A DNA stretch of 64,000 nucleotides from an uncultured Flavobacterium sp. (GCF_943913405.1 NZ_CALTYA010000002.1:43820-107819), one strand, 5' to 3'. Numbered from the stretch's first letter, positions 9,115-19,599 are shown. The notes: generated by a model from the letters alone, not told the origin. Program-made: numbers and translations.

Positions 9115-10071
9115 ATGAACTTAACAAAAATCCTCAGTGCAGGACTAATTCTTGGTGGAATTATGTCAGCAAATTCTCAAGATGTTTCTTCAACATCAAC
9201 ATTAACAAGCGGTGGCTTAAATGCCGGAAGCAATCAAAGCGAAAGTGCTTTCTATGGCAACGAATCAGGATCGCAGACCGAAGGCAGATTCAACGCATTC
9301 TTCGGACAGCAGTCAGGAGCAAAAAACACACGAGGCACAATGAACGTCTTTGTTGGCCATCAAGCCGGAATCAGCAATGATAGCGGGAACTACAATACCT
9401 TTTTAGGCTTTTCCACAGGATACAACAACCTCCGAGGAACGGATGACACTTATGTGGGGAATAATTCTGGACAAGCAAATCAAGGAAGTTTCAACACTTT
9501 TTTAGGAAGCAACTCTGGAGCAAAATCTACTGGAAGTTCTGGTGTTTTCCTTGGAAATTATGCAGGATATTCTGAAAGAACTGACAACAAACTGCATATC
9601 AGCAATGCTTACAGAGCCGTACCTTTAATTTGGGGAGATTTCAAAGAATTTCTAATCAAATTAAACGGCAAAGTAGGTGTTGGTTATGATTTCGGGAATT
9701 ATCCAACATCTGCTGGCGGATATGATGTAAGCAAATACAATTTATTTGTAAAAGGCGGTATTCTTACTGAAGAAGTAAGAGTTAATCTTGAAGCTGATTG
9801 GGCTGATTATGTTTTCTTAAAAGAGTATAAATTAAAAACACTAGCAGAATTAGAAAGCTATATCAAAGAAAACGGACATCTTCCAAACGTTCCTTCTGCA
9901 CAAAAAGTAAAAGAAGACGGTATCGAACTTGGAAACATGGCAAAAATTCAGCAAGAAAAAATTGAAGAATTGACGCTTTATATTATTGATCAAAATAAAA
10001 TAAACGAGAAACAAAGCAAAGAAATTGACGAGCTAAAAGAGATGGTAAAAAGCCTTATGGCAAAGAAATAA
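9115..10071 (+). CDS. Secreted tail-fibre-like repeat protein, paralog 3
   Basis: Signal peptide, NTF[LV]G repeats, and the same C-terminal block (…KGGILTEEVRVNLEADWADYVF…NGHLPNVPSAQKVKEDGIELGNMAKIQQEKIEELTLYII…) plus coiled coil. Confidence 0.7.
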   Translation: MNLTKILSAGLILGGIMSANSQDVSSTSTLTSGGLNAGSNQSESAFYGNESGSQTEGRFNAFFGQQSGAKNTRGTMNVFVGHQAGISNDSGNYNTFLGFSTGYNNLRGTDDTYVGNNSGQANQGSFNTFLGSNSGAKSTGSSGVFLGNYAGYSERTDNKLHISNAYRAVPLIWGDFKEFLIKLNGKVGVGYDFGNYPTSAGGYDVSKYNLFVKGGILTEEVRVNLEADWADYVFLKEYKLKTLAELESYIKENGHLPNVPSAQKVKEDGIELGNMAKIQQEKIEELTLYIIDQNKINEKQSKEIDELKEMVKSLMAKK

Positions 10072-10097
10072 TATAAGTTAATCTTAAAACTAAAATT

Positions 10098-13085
10098 ATG
10101 AAAAACTTATATCTATTCTTTCTCATTTTTATGGGAACCATAACCGCATATGCCCAAAAGGAAGAAGGTGTCAATGAGAAACAGACAATCTTGAGTCCTA
10201 ATGGCATTTTAGACGATGTGTTTGACCACTATGGTAGAAAATACAAATTATCAGATTTGATAATTGCAAAAGAAACCAAAGACGGAAAAGGAACCACAGC
10301 AAAAACAACTTTAATAACCTGCAATTCTGGTTATTTTAACCTCTATTTTGAGACTGGCTGCGGAATGGAAATCGTTGGAAACCCAACTCATGACGCTCGA
10401 AGAGCCGTTGTTTGCAAGGTTTTTGAAGATTTATCAAATTTTATAAATTCTCCTTTATCCACGACTGGAAAAAAAGTAAATATTTGGATAAGAAACATTA
10501 ACAATGTGATTACAGCACCAAATACGCCAGATGGCGTTTTAGGTCTTGCGTCTTCATTCTATACTATGCCCTACAATACAACTTCAGGTTTTGGAGGGAT
10601 TGTAGATAACGAAGTTTGGAAGACAATCCATACAGGAAATGATTCTTACACTAATGTATCATCTCCACTAAGCTCAACAGGAATAAGCTCAGGATCTTCA
10701 GGAATTTATTATCACGGAATGGCTGCTTTTAATTTTAACACAACAGACAATCCTTCAATTCCAAATAATCCAGCTATTAACTGGCACACTAACCTAAGCA
10801 CAAATGCGAGCAGCAATCTTTATGATCTGTATACAGTTCTTCTTCATGAAGGAACTCATGCTTTAGGCTTTGCAAGCTTAATAAATGGCAATGGAAGCTC
10901 GAAATTTGGTCCTGGTTATAATTATTACAGCCGTTATGATCGCTTTTTGAAAAACAGCACAGCGCTTCAATTTTTATTGACAAACACCAATGCGTGCTCG
11001 AGTATGTACAATTACAGTTTTAACAGCGCTCTAAATGCTTCAATTTTAGCACCAAATGCTTCAGCACAGCCTTGTAATTATCAAACCACAGTTTGCAGAT
11101 CGGCAATAAGATATGTTGGACTTTCAAATGTGCCCGTTTTTACACCTAACTGCTTTCAGCCGGCGAGTAGCTTGAGCCATTTTGAAGACCAATGTATAAG
11201 CGCACCTAATGCCAACAATAACAATTCTTACTTTACCATGGCTGATGCTATCGGAACTGGGATGACAAAGCGATATTTGAAACCTGAAGAAAGAAATGTT
11301 CTGTGTGATTTAGGCTATACAGTCAACACTACATTTGGAAGTTCTGTTTTTAATGGAACATTCAATTATGGCGGTACTGCATGTAGCGGCATAAAAGTAG
11401 CTGGAACTAACGACGGAATAAATTCGAATGGCGCTTATTCGTTTGTTGGTACCATTGGAGCAAACATAACACTTAGCGGTTTGTTAAATAATGATACAAA
11501 TGCTGCAAGTTTTGAATGTTTGCAAGATGTCTTTTCTGCCGCTACATTTTCGGCTACTTCAGGTACGACTGCAACAAGCATTACTTACAATACAAACGTA
11601 GCTGGTGTACACTTATTAAGATATGTTCCTGTTGATTCTTCAGGCCAAAGAGGAAATATAACCTATGTATATGTTTATGTTGGAAATTCGGATTGTACTC
11701 CTTCCCTTTGCAATATCGTAAATAATGGAACTTTCGAAAATTCTGTTCTATGCGGACAATTTGGCGTGAGCAATCCGCCACCTACAGTTCCATGTTGGGC
11801 AAACTTATCACAGTCTCCAGATTTATTCAAAAGAAATTGCACAAACAACAGCATCTTCAACATTGGGGTTAGTACTTTTTATAGCACTCCACCATCAGAC
11901 AGCCATGATGGAGCTCCGAATAACAACTTCATAGGATTATTCTATAGATCTGACTATAAAGAGTCCTTACAAACTATCTTGGGAAGTCCGTTGATTCCAG
12001 GGCAAGAATACGTATTATCTTTTTGGGCAAAGGTAAATAATGGCAATACCTCTTCCACAAATGTTCCGATTCCTGTTAATTTCTCAAGTTTTCCTAGCAT
12101 GTTGGCGCCAGTTAATCTAGCACTAAACAACTTTCAAGCGATTGTTCCAGGATCAGTACAATTGGTACCGACAACATTAACACCTAATGATAATACTTGG
12201 CATTTTTACAGTTACGCATTCACGTTTCCTACCACTGCAAGCAATCATGGAGCAATGGCAGTTTATACTGAGGCAAGTAATTCAAGTAATTCCTATGTTT
12301 TTGTAGACGACATAAGCATTTCGCCATCAATAGTATTAGGCGCTTTAGAATTGCCGGTACAGATTTGCCTTAATGAGACTATCACAAACTTGGAATCTCT
12401 CTTATCTTCAGTACCAACAAATGGAGTATTTGCTGGACCAGGAATTTCACTACAAGGAGGGTCTTATATATTCACTGCCTTAACGCCAGGCGTGGTAACG
12501 ATTACGTACACTTACACAAATAATCTTGGCTGTCAGACAACAATTTCTGACACTATTACTGTCTTGCCAAATGGAACTCCAGGTTGCAGAACAGTGACTC
12601 CAAGTTGTCCGAGTGATTATGTATTTAGTGTTCCAGAACCTGCATCGTTGCAAACTTATCAGGCTTCAAATACTATTACTACAACAACCAACTATATTGT
12701 TCCATCTGGATATGACATTACGTTAACTGCAGGAAAAGCAATTACAATAAAAGCAATGACGCATATTCAAAACGGAAGTGTTTTTCTAGCTAAAATCCAG
12801 CCATGTGCTCAACTTATGACAGCCAAGAAAAAACAGGAGGTTGCGAACATTGATAAGCTTAGAGCCTATCCAAATCCTGCTTCAGGCCAAATAAGTATTG
12901 AATCAGGAAAAGAAATGGCAGAGCTTTCATTAATTTCTATTGAAGGCAGAGTGATTATATCTAAAAAACTAGGAAATACGAATTTCCACCAATTAGATAT
13001 AGCTTCTTACCAAAACGGAATTTACATCTTAACAGTAAAAAATGCTGATGGAACGTCAGAAGTAATCAAAATCATCAAGCAATAA
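10098..13085 (+). CDS. Large T9SS-secreted protein with HExxH (HEGTH) zinc-metalloprotease-like motif; distant paralog of the M43 protein in its C-terminal module
   Basis: Signal peptide. LLHEGTHALGF carries an HExxH motif. The pre-C-terminal-domain module (TNYIVPSGYDITLTAGKAITIKAMTHIQNGSVFLAKIQPC) is homologous to the equivalent module in 5554-8892. The C-terminus ends …IYILTVKNADGTSEVIKIIKQ. Confidence 0.7.
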   Translation: MKNLYLFFLIFMGTITAYAQKEEGVNEKQTILSPNGILDDVFDHYGRKYKLSDLIIAKETKDGKGTTAKTTLITCNSGYFNLYFETGCGMEIVGNPTHDARRAVVCKVFEDLSNFINSPLSTTGKKVNIWIRNINNVITAPNTPDGVLGLASSFYTMPYNTTSGFGGIVDNEVWKTIHTGNDSYTNVSSPLSSTGISSGSSGIYYHGMAAFNFNTTDNPSIPNNPAINWHTNLSTNASSNLYDLYTVLLHEGTHALGFASLINGNGSSKFGPGYNYYSRYDRFLKNSTALQFLLTNTNACSSMYNYSFNSALNASILAPNASAQPCNYQTTVCRSAIRYVGLSNVPVFTPNCFQPASSLSHFEDQCISAPNANNNNSYFTMADAIGTGMTKRYLKPEERNVLCDLGYTVNTTFGSSVFNGTFNYGGTACSGIKVAGTNDGINSNGAYSFVGTIGANITLSGLLNNDTNAASFECLQDVFSAATFSATSGTTATSITYNTNVAGVHLLRYVPVDSSGQRGNITYVYVYVGNSDCTPSLCNIVNNGTFENSVLCGQFGVSNPPPTVPCWANLSQSPDLFKRNCTNNSIFNIGVSTFYSTPPSDSHDGAPNNNFIGLFYRSDYKESLQTILGSPLIPGQEYVLSFWAKVNNGNTSSTNVPIPVNFSSFPSMLAPVNLALNNFQAIVPGSVQLVPTTLTPNDNTWHFYSYAFTFPTTASNHGAMAVYTEASNSSNSYVFVDDISISPSIVLGALELPVQICLNETITNLESLLSSVPTNGVFAGPGISLQGGSYIFTALTPGVVTITYTYTNNLGCQTTISDTITVLPNGTPGCRTVTPSCPSDYVFSVPEPASLQTYQASNTITTTTNYIVPSGYDITLTAGKAITIKAMTHIQNGSVFLAKIQPCAQLMTAKKKQEVANIDKLRAYPNPASGQISIESGKEMAELSLISIEGRVIISKKLGNTNFHQLDIASYQNGIYILTVKNADGTSEVIKIIKQ

Positions 13086-13103
13086 TTTAATTCTAAATTT
13101 TCT

Positions 13104-13135
13104 AAAAGCTCCAATTCACGTTGGAGCTTTTTTAT
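13104..13135 (+). terminator. Rho-independent terminator
   Basis: AGCTCCAA-TTCACG-TTGGAGCT hairpin plus T-run after the stop at 13085. Confidence 0.65.
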
Positions 13136-13139
13136 TTTA

Positions 13140-13147
13140 TACCTTTG
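13140..13147 (+). promoter_or_regulatory. Candidate -7 element TACCTTTG
   Basis: TAnnTTTG match ~17 bp upstream of the TTG start at 13164. Confidence 0.25.
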
Positions 13148-13163
13148 CTAAAAATAATTCCCA

Positions 13164-14144
13164 TTGATTTCACCAGCCGACATTTTCAGCATTTCAAGCA
13201 ACAAGCAATTTGAGAAAATTGCCTTAAAAGTTTTCCGTTTTCAATATGACAACAATGTGGTCTATCGTGAATTCTGCCAATACTTGAATGTAGAAAAACA
13301 CGACGTGAAATCATTGCAGCAGATTCCGTTTCTGCCAATTCAGTTCTTCAAAAGCCACGAAGTTTTATCTTCCGAAGAAAAAATTCAAGAAACGTTTACC
13401 AGTTCTGGAACTACCGGAATGACAACTTCAAGACATTTGGTTACTGACATTACTTTATACGAAGAAAGTTATAGAAAAGCCTTTTCACAATTCTACGGAA
13501 ACATTGAAAACTATGCCGTTTTAGCCTTGCTCCCATCCTATTTAGACCGAGAAGGTTCATCTTTGATTTATATGGTTGATGATTTAATCAAATTATCAAA
13601 CCATTCCGAAAGCGGTTTTTACCTCAACAATTATGATGAATTAATTCAAAAGTTAATCGAACTAGATTCCGCTGGAGAAAACATAATTTTAATCGGAGTT
13701 ACGTATGCTTTATTAGATTTGATCGAAAGGCAAAACTTCCAATTAAGAAACACAATCATCATGGAAACCGGCGGCATGAAAGGCCGAAGAAAAGAAATGA
13801 TCCGCGAAGAATTGCACGATTTGCTCTGCAAAGGTTTTGGAGTCGACGCCATCCATTCAGAATATGGAATGACAGAATTGCTTTCTCAAGCGTATTCTCT
13901 CGGCCACGGTGTTTTTGAATGCCCCAACTGGATGCAGATTTTAATCCGTGACACAGAAGACGCTTTGTCTTACATAGAAAACGGAAAAACCGGTGGCATA
14001 AACGTCATCGACTTAGCCAATATAAATTCCTGTTCCTTTATCGCTACGCAAGATTTAGGCAAAAAAAAGCCCAACAATTCTTTCGAAGTATTGGGCCGTT
14101 TTGATAATTCTGACATCCGCGGATGCAATCTTATGGTTCTTTAA
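13164..14144 (+). CDS. LuxE-like acyl-protein synthetase / acyltransferase family protein (TTG start)
   Basis: N-terminus …KQFEKIALKVFRFQYDNNVVYREFCQYLNV… resembles flavobacterial LuxE-family 'acyl transferase' proteins of ~330 aa. Assigned from memory of the family, not from a defined motif. Confidence 0.4.
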   Translation: MISPADIFSISSNKQFEKIALKVFRFQYDNNVVYREFCQYLNVEKHDVKSLQQIPFLPIQFFKSHEVLSSEEKIQETFTSSGTTGMTTSRHLVTDITLYEESYRKAFSQFYGNIENYAVLALLPSYLDREGSSLIYMVDDLIKLSNHSESGFYLNNYDELIQKLIELDSAGENIILIGVTYALLDLIERQNFQLRNTIIMETGGMKGRRKEMIREELHDLLCKGFGVDAIHSEYGMTELLSQAYSLGHGVFECPNWMQILIRDTEDALSYIENGKTGGINVIDLANINSCSFIATQDLGKKKPNNSFEVLGRFDNSDIRGCNLMVL

Positions 14145-14207
14145 TTAAGTTTAAAAGGCATTTGTGATTTTTGCGTTAAGGCTATCAAACTCTTAACTAA
14201 CAAACTT

Positions 14208-15503
14208 TTAAACTATTCTCAGAACAAAATAATTTTTCTTTCCACTCTGCAATAACACAAACTCATTGTTTATCAAATCTTTCGCTGTTAACACGAAATC
14301 TTCTTTTATCTTTTCTCTATTTACAGAAATCGAATTGGCTGTCAAAGCTCTTCTCGCCTCACCATTCGATTTAAAGAAACCTGACTTTTCATTCAAGACA
14401 GAAACAATATCGATTCCGTTCTCAATATCAGTTCTCGAAATTTCCGCTTGCGGCACACCGTCAAAAACTTCCAAGAAAGTCGCTCCGTCCAATTGCTTCA
14501 AATCATCAGAAGTAGCATTTCCAAACAAAATATTCGAAGCCTGAATCGCTTTTTCCAATTCCTCTTTTGAATGCACAAAAGTTGTAATCTCGTCAGCCAA
14601 TCTGCGTTGTAAAACTCTCAAATGCGGCGCCGTTTTGTGCTCTTCAATCAAAGCATCAATCGTTTCTTTATCTAAAAATGTAAAGATTTTGATATATTTT
14701 TCAGCGTCAACATCCGTCGTATTTACCCAAAACTGATAAAATTTATAAACCGAAGTTTTGTCCGCATCCAGCCAAATATTCCCGCCTTCTGATTTTCCAA
14801 ATTTTGAACCGTCAGCTTTTGTAATCAATGGTGTTGTCAAAGCGTAAGCCTTTGCGCTTTCGCCACCCATTCTGCGCACTAATTCCGTTCCAGTCGTGAT
14901 ATTTCCCCACTGGTCAGAACCGCCCATTTGCAAAAGACAGTTGTGATTTTTATACAAATGATAGAAATCATATCCTTGAATCAACTGGTACGTAAACTCG
15001 GTAAAAGACATTCCTTCGCCTTCACCGCTGAATCTTTTTTTCACAGAATCCTTCGCCATCATATAATTCACCGTGATGCGTTTTCCCACCTCGCGCGCAA
15101 AATCAATAAACGAAAATTCCTTCATCCAGTCATAGTTGTTCACCATCACCGGCGCATTTTTATCGGTAGAATTAAAGTCTAAAAAACGAGAAAGCACACT
15201 TTTGATACCCGCCACATTTTTCGCCAAAGTTTCTTCGTTCAGCAAGTTTCTGTCCTCAGATTTTCCCGAAGGATCACCAATCATCCCAGTCGCACCACCA
15301 ACCAAAGCAATCGGCTGATGACCAAAATTCTTCAAATGAACCAGCAAAATAATCTGGACCATGCTTCCAATATGCAACGAATCCGCCGTCGGGTCAAAAC
15401 CAATATATGCCGTCGTCACTTCCTTCAGCAATTGCTCTTCCGTCCCCGGCATACTGTCAGCATACAGCCCGCGCCACTTTAATTCTTCAACTAGATTCTT
15501 CAT
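14208..15503 (-). CDS. tyrS: Tyrosine--tRNA ligase
   Basis: HIGH-class motif (…SLHIGSMV…), KMSKS-type motif (KFGKSEGG), and a C-terminal S4-like RNA-binding tail. Confidence 0.9.
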   Translation of the reverse strand: MKNLVEELKWRGLYADSMPGTEEQLLKEVTTAYIGFDPTADSLHIGSMVQIILLVHLKNFGHQPIALVGGATGMIGDPSGKSEDRNLLNEETLAKNVAGIKSVLSRFLDFNSTDKNAPVMVNNYDWMKEFSFIDFAREVGKRITVNYMMAKDSVKKRFSGEGEGMSFTEFTYQLIQGYDFYHLYKNHNCLLQMGGSDQWGNITTGTELVRRMGGESAKAYALTTPLITKADGSKFGKSEGGNIWLDADKTSVYKFYQFWVNTTDVDAEKYIKIFTFLDKETIDALIEEHKTAPHLRVLQRRLADEITTFVHSKEELEKAIQASNILFGNATSDDLKQLDGATFLEVFDGVPQAEISRTDIENGIDIVSVLNEKSGFFKSNGEARRALTANSISVNREKIKEDFVLTAKDLINNEFVLLQSGKKNYFVLRIV

Positions 15504-15530
15504 TTTTGTAAAATAATTTGCGCAAAGATA

Positions 15531-15860
15531 GTTTTAATTAGAAAATTAGCGAATTAGAAAATTAGAATTTTTGACAATTAAATTCTGTTATTTCTGCACA
15601 AACAGCATTGTCATCCCGAGCGCAGTCGAGGGACCACGATATATTTTCTTTGAGAATTATCAGAAGCGAAACTTTAGTATTTTTAGAAACAACAGTCCCG
15701 CTTTCTGCAGTAGCTTTTCTCCGAAAACGGAAGAAAAGGCTACGGCCGCCAATCGGGGCTATCGAAAAACTGCTTGATTTTTAGAAACCCCAGCCCGATC
15801 TTTGCCGCGATGACGTTCTAAAAATTTTCTAATTTTCTAATTCGCTTATCATCTAATTAC
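15531..15860. repeat. MITE-like element with ~26-30 bp imperfect terminal inverted repeats (TTAGAAAATTAGCGAATTAGAAAATT…) enclosing ~260 bp that contains a dispersed GTCATCCCGAGCGCAGTCGAGGGA repeat
   Basis: Left arm 15537-15570 and right arm 15816-15846 are reverse complements with one indel. The internal 15610-15635 sequence recurs in inverted orientation at 26827-26850. Confidence 0.4.
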
Positions 15861-15875
15861 CCTATTTTTGTAACT

Positions 15876-16868
15876 ATGATTCTAGTCACAGGCGCCACCG
15901 GATTAGTAGGTTCTCACCTACTTTTACAACTTCTCGAAAACGGAGAAGAAGTCCGTGCTTTATATAGAAACCATAAAAATATCCAAAAAACAAAAGCCTT
16001 TTTCCACTGGAAAAACCAATCTGATTTATTCGAAAAAATAAACTGGATTCAAGGCTGTATCACTGATGTTCCGTCCTTGGAAGAAGTTTTCAAAAACATA
16101 GATTACGTTTACCATTGCGCTGCTTTAATCTCCTTTGATCCAAATGACGAAGAAAAACTCCGAAAAATAAACATCGAAGGAACCGCTAATATTGTCAATT
16201 TTTCTTTAGCCAATAAAGTAAAAAAACTCTGTTATGTCAGTTCTATCGCCGCACTTGGAGATTTGCAAGAACACGAAACCATCATCACCGAAGAAACCGA
16301 TTGGAATCCAGAAAAGCCCCACAGCGATTATGCCATCACAAAATATGGCGCTGAAATGGAAGTCTGGCGGGGCCAAGAAGAAGGTTTAGATACAATTGTA
16401 GTAAATCCTGGCGTAATTTTAGGCCCTGGTTTCTGGCAAAACGGAAGCAGCGAAATCTTCCGAAGAATTAAAAAAGGCCTGAAATTTTACACCAAAGGCG
16501 CATCCGGATTTATCAGCGTGGAAGAAGTTGTAAAAACCATGTATTTTTTAATGAAAAGCGATATCAAAAAAGAAAGATTTACGCTGGTAGAAAAAAATTA
16601 CAGCTATCAAGAACTTTCGAATAAAATCGCTGATGCCTTGCAAGTAAAAAGACCGAATATGCCCGTAAAACCATGGATGACAAATTTAGCTTGGCGAATC
16701 GATTGGCTTTTCTCCCCACTTTTTTTCAGGAAAAGAAAATTGTCAAGAGCCATGGCAAAATCAATGCACACGGAAACATTATTTGACAATTCAAAAATAA
16801 AAAAGGCCTGCAACATTGAGTTTGCAAGCCTTGATGAGTATATTAAAAAAGTAAGCTCTACTTATTAA
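15876..16868 (+). CDS. NAD-dependent epimerase/dehydratase family protein
   Basis: N-terminal Rossmann motif MILVTGATGLVGSHL and extended-SDR length. Confidence 0.7.
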   Translation: MILVTGATGLVGSHLLLQLLENGEEVRALYRNHKNIQKTKAFFHWKNQSDLFEKINWIQGCITDVPSLEEVFKNIDYVYHCAALISFDPNDEEKLRKINIEGTANIVNFSLANKVKKLCYVSSIAALGDLQEHETIITEETDWNPEKPHSDYAITKYGAEMEVWRGQEEGLDTIVVNPGVILGPGFWQNGSSEIFRRIKKGLKFYTKGASGFISVEEVVKTMYFLMKSDIKKERFTLVEKNYSYQELSNKIADALQVKRPNMPVKPWMTNLAWRIDWLFSPLFFRKRKLSRAMAKSMHTETLFDNSKIKKACNIEFASLDEYIKKVSSTY

Positions 16869-17268
16869 TTCTAGGTTTTTTGTTCAGCGTATCTGAAGAT
16901 TTCTTCAAATTTAATTTCTCTTCCCTTTTTGCCAAAGTATCCGCTTTCACTTTATTGGCGATCAATCTTTCATTAACTCGATTGAACATTCGGTTGTAAG
17001 CCGCAACATCTGAGGCATAATAACGATTGCTGTTTGCAAACTGGAGGCTGTCGATTTTATATTTTTTATAAATGTAATTTGCCACATCCACTTTATTCGA
17101 ATCTAAAGTAGCTTGATAGCCGCCACGCATTGCCTGAAGCAATGTAAGGTCGTAGATAATATCATCCATCTTTTCTTTTTCGATCAAATTATCCGGCTTT
17201 TCAATTGCTTTTTGTCCACAAGAAACCAGAAAGCTAAAGCCTATAAAAAATAAAAAAAAGTTCTTCAT
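16858..17268 (-). CDS. Lipoprotein of unknown function (DUF4296-like)
   Basis: Lipobox …LVSCGQ. Conserved position downstream of pyrC in flavobacteria. Confidence 0.5.
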   Translation of the reverse strand: MKNFFLFFIGFSFLVSCGQKAIEKPDNLIEKEKMDDIIYDLTLLQAMRGGYQATLDSNKVDVANYIYKKYKIDSLQFANSNRYYASDVAAYNRMFNRVNERLIANKVKADTLAKREEKLNLKKSSDTLNKKPRINK

Positions 17269-17278
17269 ATTCTTTTAA

Positions 17279-18646
17279 TTAGCGGTCAAACTGAAGTCTT
17301 TTTCCAGCCTTAACATCTTTGACTTTAAAGTTGTTATAAACCAATTCGCCGTTTACAAAGGTATGGGTAATTCTTGATTTAAACGTAAAACCTTCAAACG
17401 GAGACCAGCCGCATTTGTATAAAATATTCTCTTTCTTCACGCTCCAAGGCAATCCAGAATTTACCAAAACCAAGTCAGCATAATAACCTTCCTTGATGAA
17501 ACCGCGCTTTTCGATTTTGAAAATCTTTGCCGGATTGTGTGCCATTTTCTCTACGATTTTCTCCACAGAAATTTTTCCTTGGTGAAAAGCTTCGAACATC
17601 GCCACAACCGCATGCTGTACCAACGGACCACCAGAAGGCGCCGAAGTATAAACATTTTTCTTTTCTTCTAAAGTATGAGGCGCGTGATCGGTTGCGATAA
17701 CATCGATTCTGTCGTCTAGCAAGGCTTCCCACAATTGATCTTTGTCGGCTTGCGTTTTAATCGCAGGATTCCATTTGATCAAGCTTCCTTTTTTATCATA
17801 ATCGGCATCGGTGAACCAAAGATGGTGAACACAAACCTCTGCCGTGATTTTTTTATCTTCTAACGGAATTTTATTGCTGAATAATTTCGTCTCTTTTCCT
17901 GTAGAAAGGTGAAAAACGTGCAATCTCGCTCCGGTTTTCTTCGCCAATTCAATCGCTCTCGAAGACGAAATAAAACAAGCTTCCTCGCTTCTGATCAAAG
18001 GATGAAATTTCATCGGAATATCATCACCGTATTCTTCTTTGTATTTTTCAAGATTTGCTTTAATCGTAGCTTCATCTTCACAGTGAACTGCAATCAACAA
18101 AGGCGTGCTGGAAAATATTTTCTCTAAAACTTCTTCATTGTCAACCAGCATATTTCCTGTTGAAGAACCTAAAAATAACTTTAGACCCGCAACGGTTTTT
18201 GGATCAACTTTTAGAATTTCCTCTAAATTGTCATTGGTTCCGCCAAACATAAAAGAGTAATTCGCTGCTGATTTCTCTGCTGCAATTGCAAATTTTTCTT
18301 CTAATAATTCGATAGTCGTTGACTGCGGGTTTGTATTTGGCATTTCAATAAACGACGTGATGCCACCAGCAACTGCCGCTCTTGATTCAGAGGCAATGTC
18401 GCCTTTGTGCGTCAAACCTGGTTCGCGAAAATGCACTTGGTCATCAATCGCTCCAGGAATTAGGTAATTTCCCTCGGCATTGATAATTTTAGTTGCAGAA
18501 GATTTCGCGCTGATAGTTTCAGCAATTTCTACAATAAATTCGTTTTCAATTAAAACGTCTCCTTCAAATATAGTCCCTTCATTAACTATCTTGGCATTCT
18601 TAATCAAAACACTTTTCATCTCTTTCTTTGTATCGGTAGTAAACAT
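17279..18646 (-). CDS. pyrC: Dihydroorotase (amidohydrolase superfamily)
   Basis: …[14 protein letters not shown]… metal-binding HxH region and a ~450-aa amidohydrolase architecture. Confidence 0.8.
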   Translation of the reverse strand: MFTTDTKKEMKSVLIKNAKIVNEGTIFEGDVLIENEFIVEIAETISAKSSATKIINAEGNYLIPGAIDDQVHFREPGLTHKGDIASESRAAVAGGITSFIEMPNTNPQSTTIELLEEKFAIAAEKSAANYSFMFGGTNDNLEEILKVDPKTVAGLKLFLGSSTGNMLVDNEEVLEKIFSSTPLLIAVHCEDEATIKANLEKYKEEYGDDIPMKFHPLIRSEEACFISSSRAIELAKKTGARLHVFHLSTGKETKLFSNKIPLEDKKITAEVCVHHLWFTDADYDKKGSLIKWNPAIKTQADKDQLWEALLDDRIDVIATDHAPHTLEEKKNVYTSAPSGGPLVQHAVVAMFEAFHQGKISVEKIVEKMAHNPAKIFKIEKRGFIKEGYYADLVLVNSGLPWSVKKENILYKCGWSPFEGFTFKSRITHTFVNGELVYNNFKVKDVKAGKRLQFDR

Positions 18647-18666
18647 TTCAACAGAATAATTTCTGC

Positions 18667-19392
18667 CTATAAAGTATTAAATATTTTTTTTATTCGTAAG
18701 GCTAAAACTCCAAAAACGGCTTCTTTTATAATCGAATTGCTCATTTTTGACTGCCCTTTCGTGCGATCTGTGAAGATAATTGGCACTTCGATGATCTTAT
18801 AATTTTTGGCAAAAGCCCTATATTTCATTTCAATCTGAAAGGCATAACCGATAAATTTTATTCGGTCAAGATTAATTCCTTCCAAGACATTTCTTTTGTA
18901 GCAGATAAATCCTGCTGTGGCGTCTTGAATCTGCATTCCGGTAATCATTCTGACATAAACCGAAGCGAAATAAGAAAGCAAAACACGGCTTAATGGCCAA
19001 TTGACAACGTTCACGCCGGTTACATATCTTGAACCAATTGCAACTTCATAAATCCCAAATTTGCAGGCATCATAAAGCTTTTCAAGGTCATTTGGATTGT
19101 GCGAAAAATCGGCATCCATTTCAAAAACATATTCATAATGGTGTTCGAGCGCCCACTTGAAACCATGTACGTAAGCAGTACCTAATCCGGATTTCTTTGT
19201 ACGCTGTTCCATAAAAAGCCTATCGGGAAATTCGTGTTGCAGCTCGATTACTTTTTGGGCAGTTTTATCTGGAGAATTGTCGTCAATAATCAGGATGTGA
19301 AACGGCTTTTGCAGAGAAAATACAGCTCTGATGATGCTTTCGATGTTTTCAATTTCGTTATAAGTTGGAATTATAACAATGCCGTCGTTCAT
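18667..19392 (-). CDS. GT2 polyprenol-phosphate mannose synthase (dolichyl-phosphate mannosyltransferase-like)
   Basis: [13 protein letters not shown]…[12 protein letters not shown]…[10 protein letters not shown]2 signature. Lies in an operon with pyrC. Confidence 0.75.
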   Translation of the reverse strand: MNDGIVIIPTYNEIENIESIIRAVFSLQKPFHILIIDDNSPDKTAQKVIELQHEFPDRLFMEQRTKKSGLGTAYVHGFKWALEHHYEYVFEMDADFSHNPNDLEKLYDACKFGIYEVAIGSRYVTGVNVVNWPLSRVLLSYFASVYVRMITGMQIQDATAGFICYKRNVLEGINLDRIKFIGYAFQIEMKYRAFAKNYKIIEVPIIFTDRTKGQSKMSNSIIKEAVFGVLALRIKKIFNTL

Positions 19393-19599
19393 ATTTTCAC
19401 ATAAAATTTCAGGACAAAAGTAAACTTTTTATAGCTGATGATTCATAATAAAATTATAATAATGTGATTGATTTTGTTTTTTAGAATCAAGCTAATTAAG
19501 AATCAAGCATTTCTAGCTCAGACAAAAGCTTGTAGCAGATGGCTGGATTAGCCTCAAAAAAAATAAAAAAATGGCGAAAAATTTGATTATTTTTGCGCT

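Noticed and set aside
3729-13085. Fibre-like paralogs plus proteases considered as a prophage tail-fibre region
   Set aside because: There are no capsid, terminase, portal, tail-tube or integrase genes in the neighbourhood. All five proteins carry Sec signal peptides and two carry a T9SS C-terminal domain, which fits a host cell-surface/secretion system, not virion proteins.
15571-15777. 68-aa ORF inside the MITE-like element
   Set aside because: It falls wholly within the inverted-repeat element, has no start context, and its product (MTIKFCYFCTNSIVIPSAVEG…) looks like translated repeat DNA.
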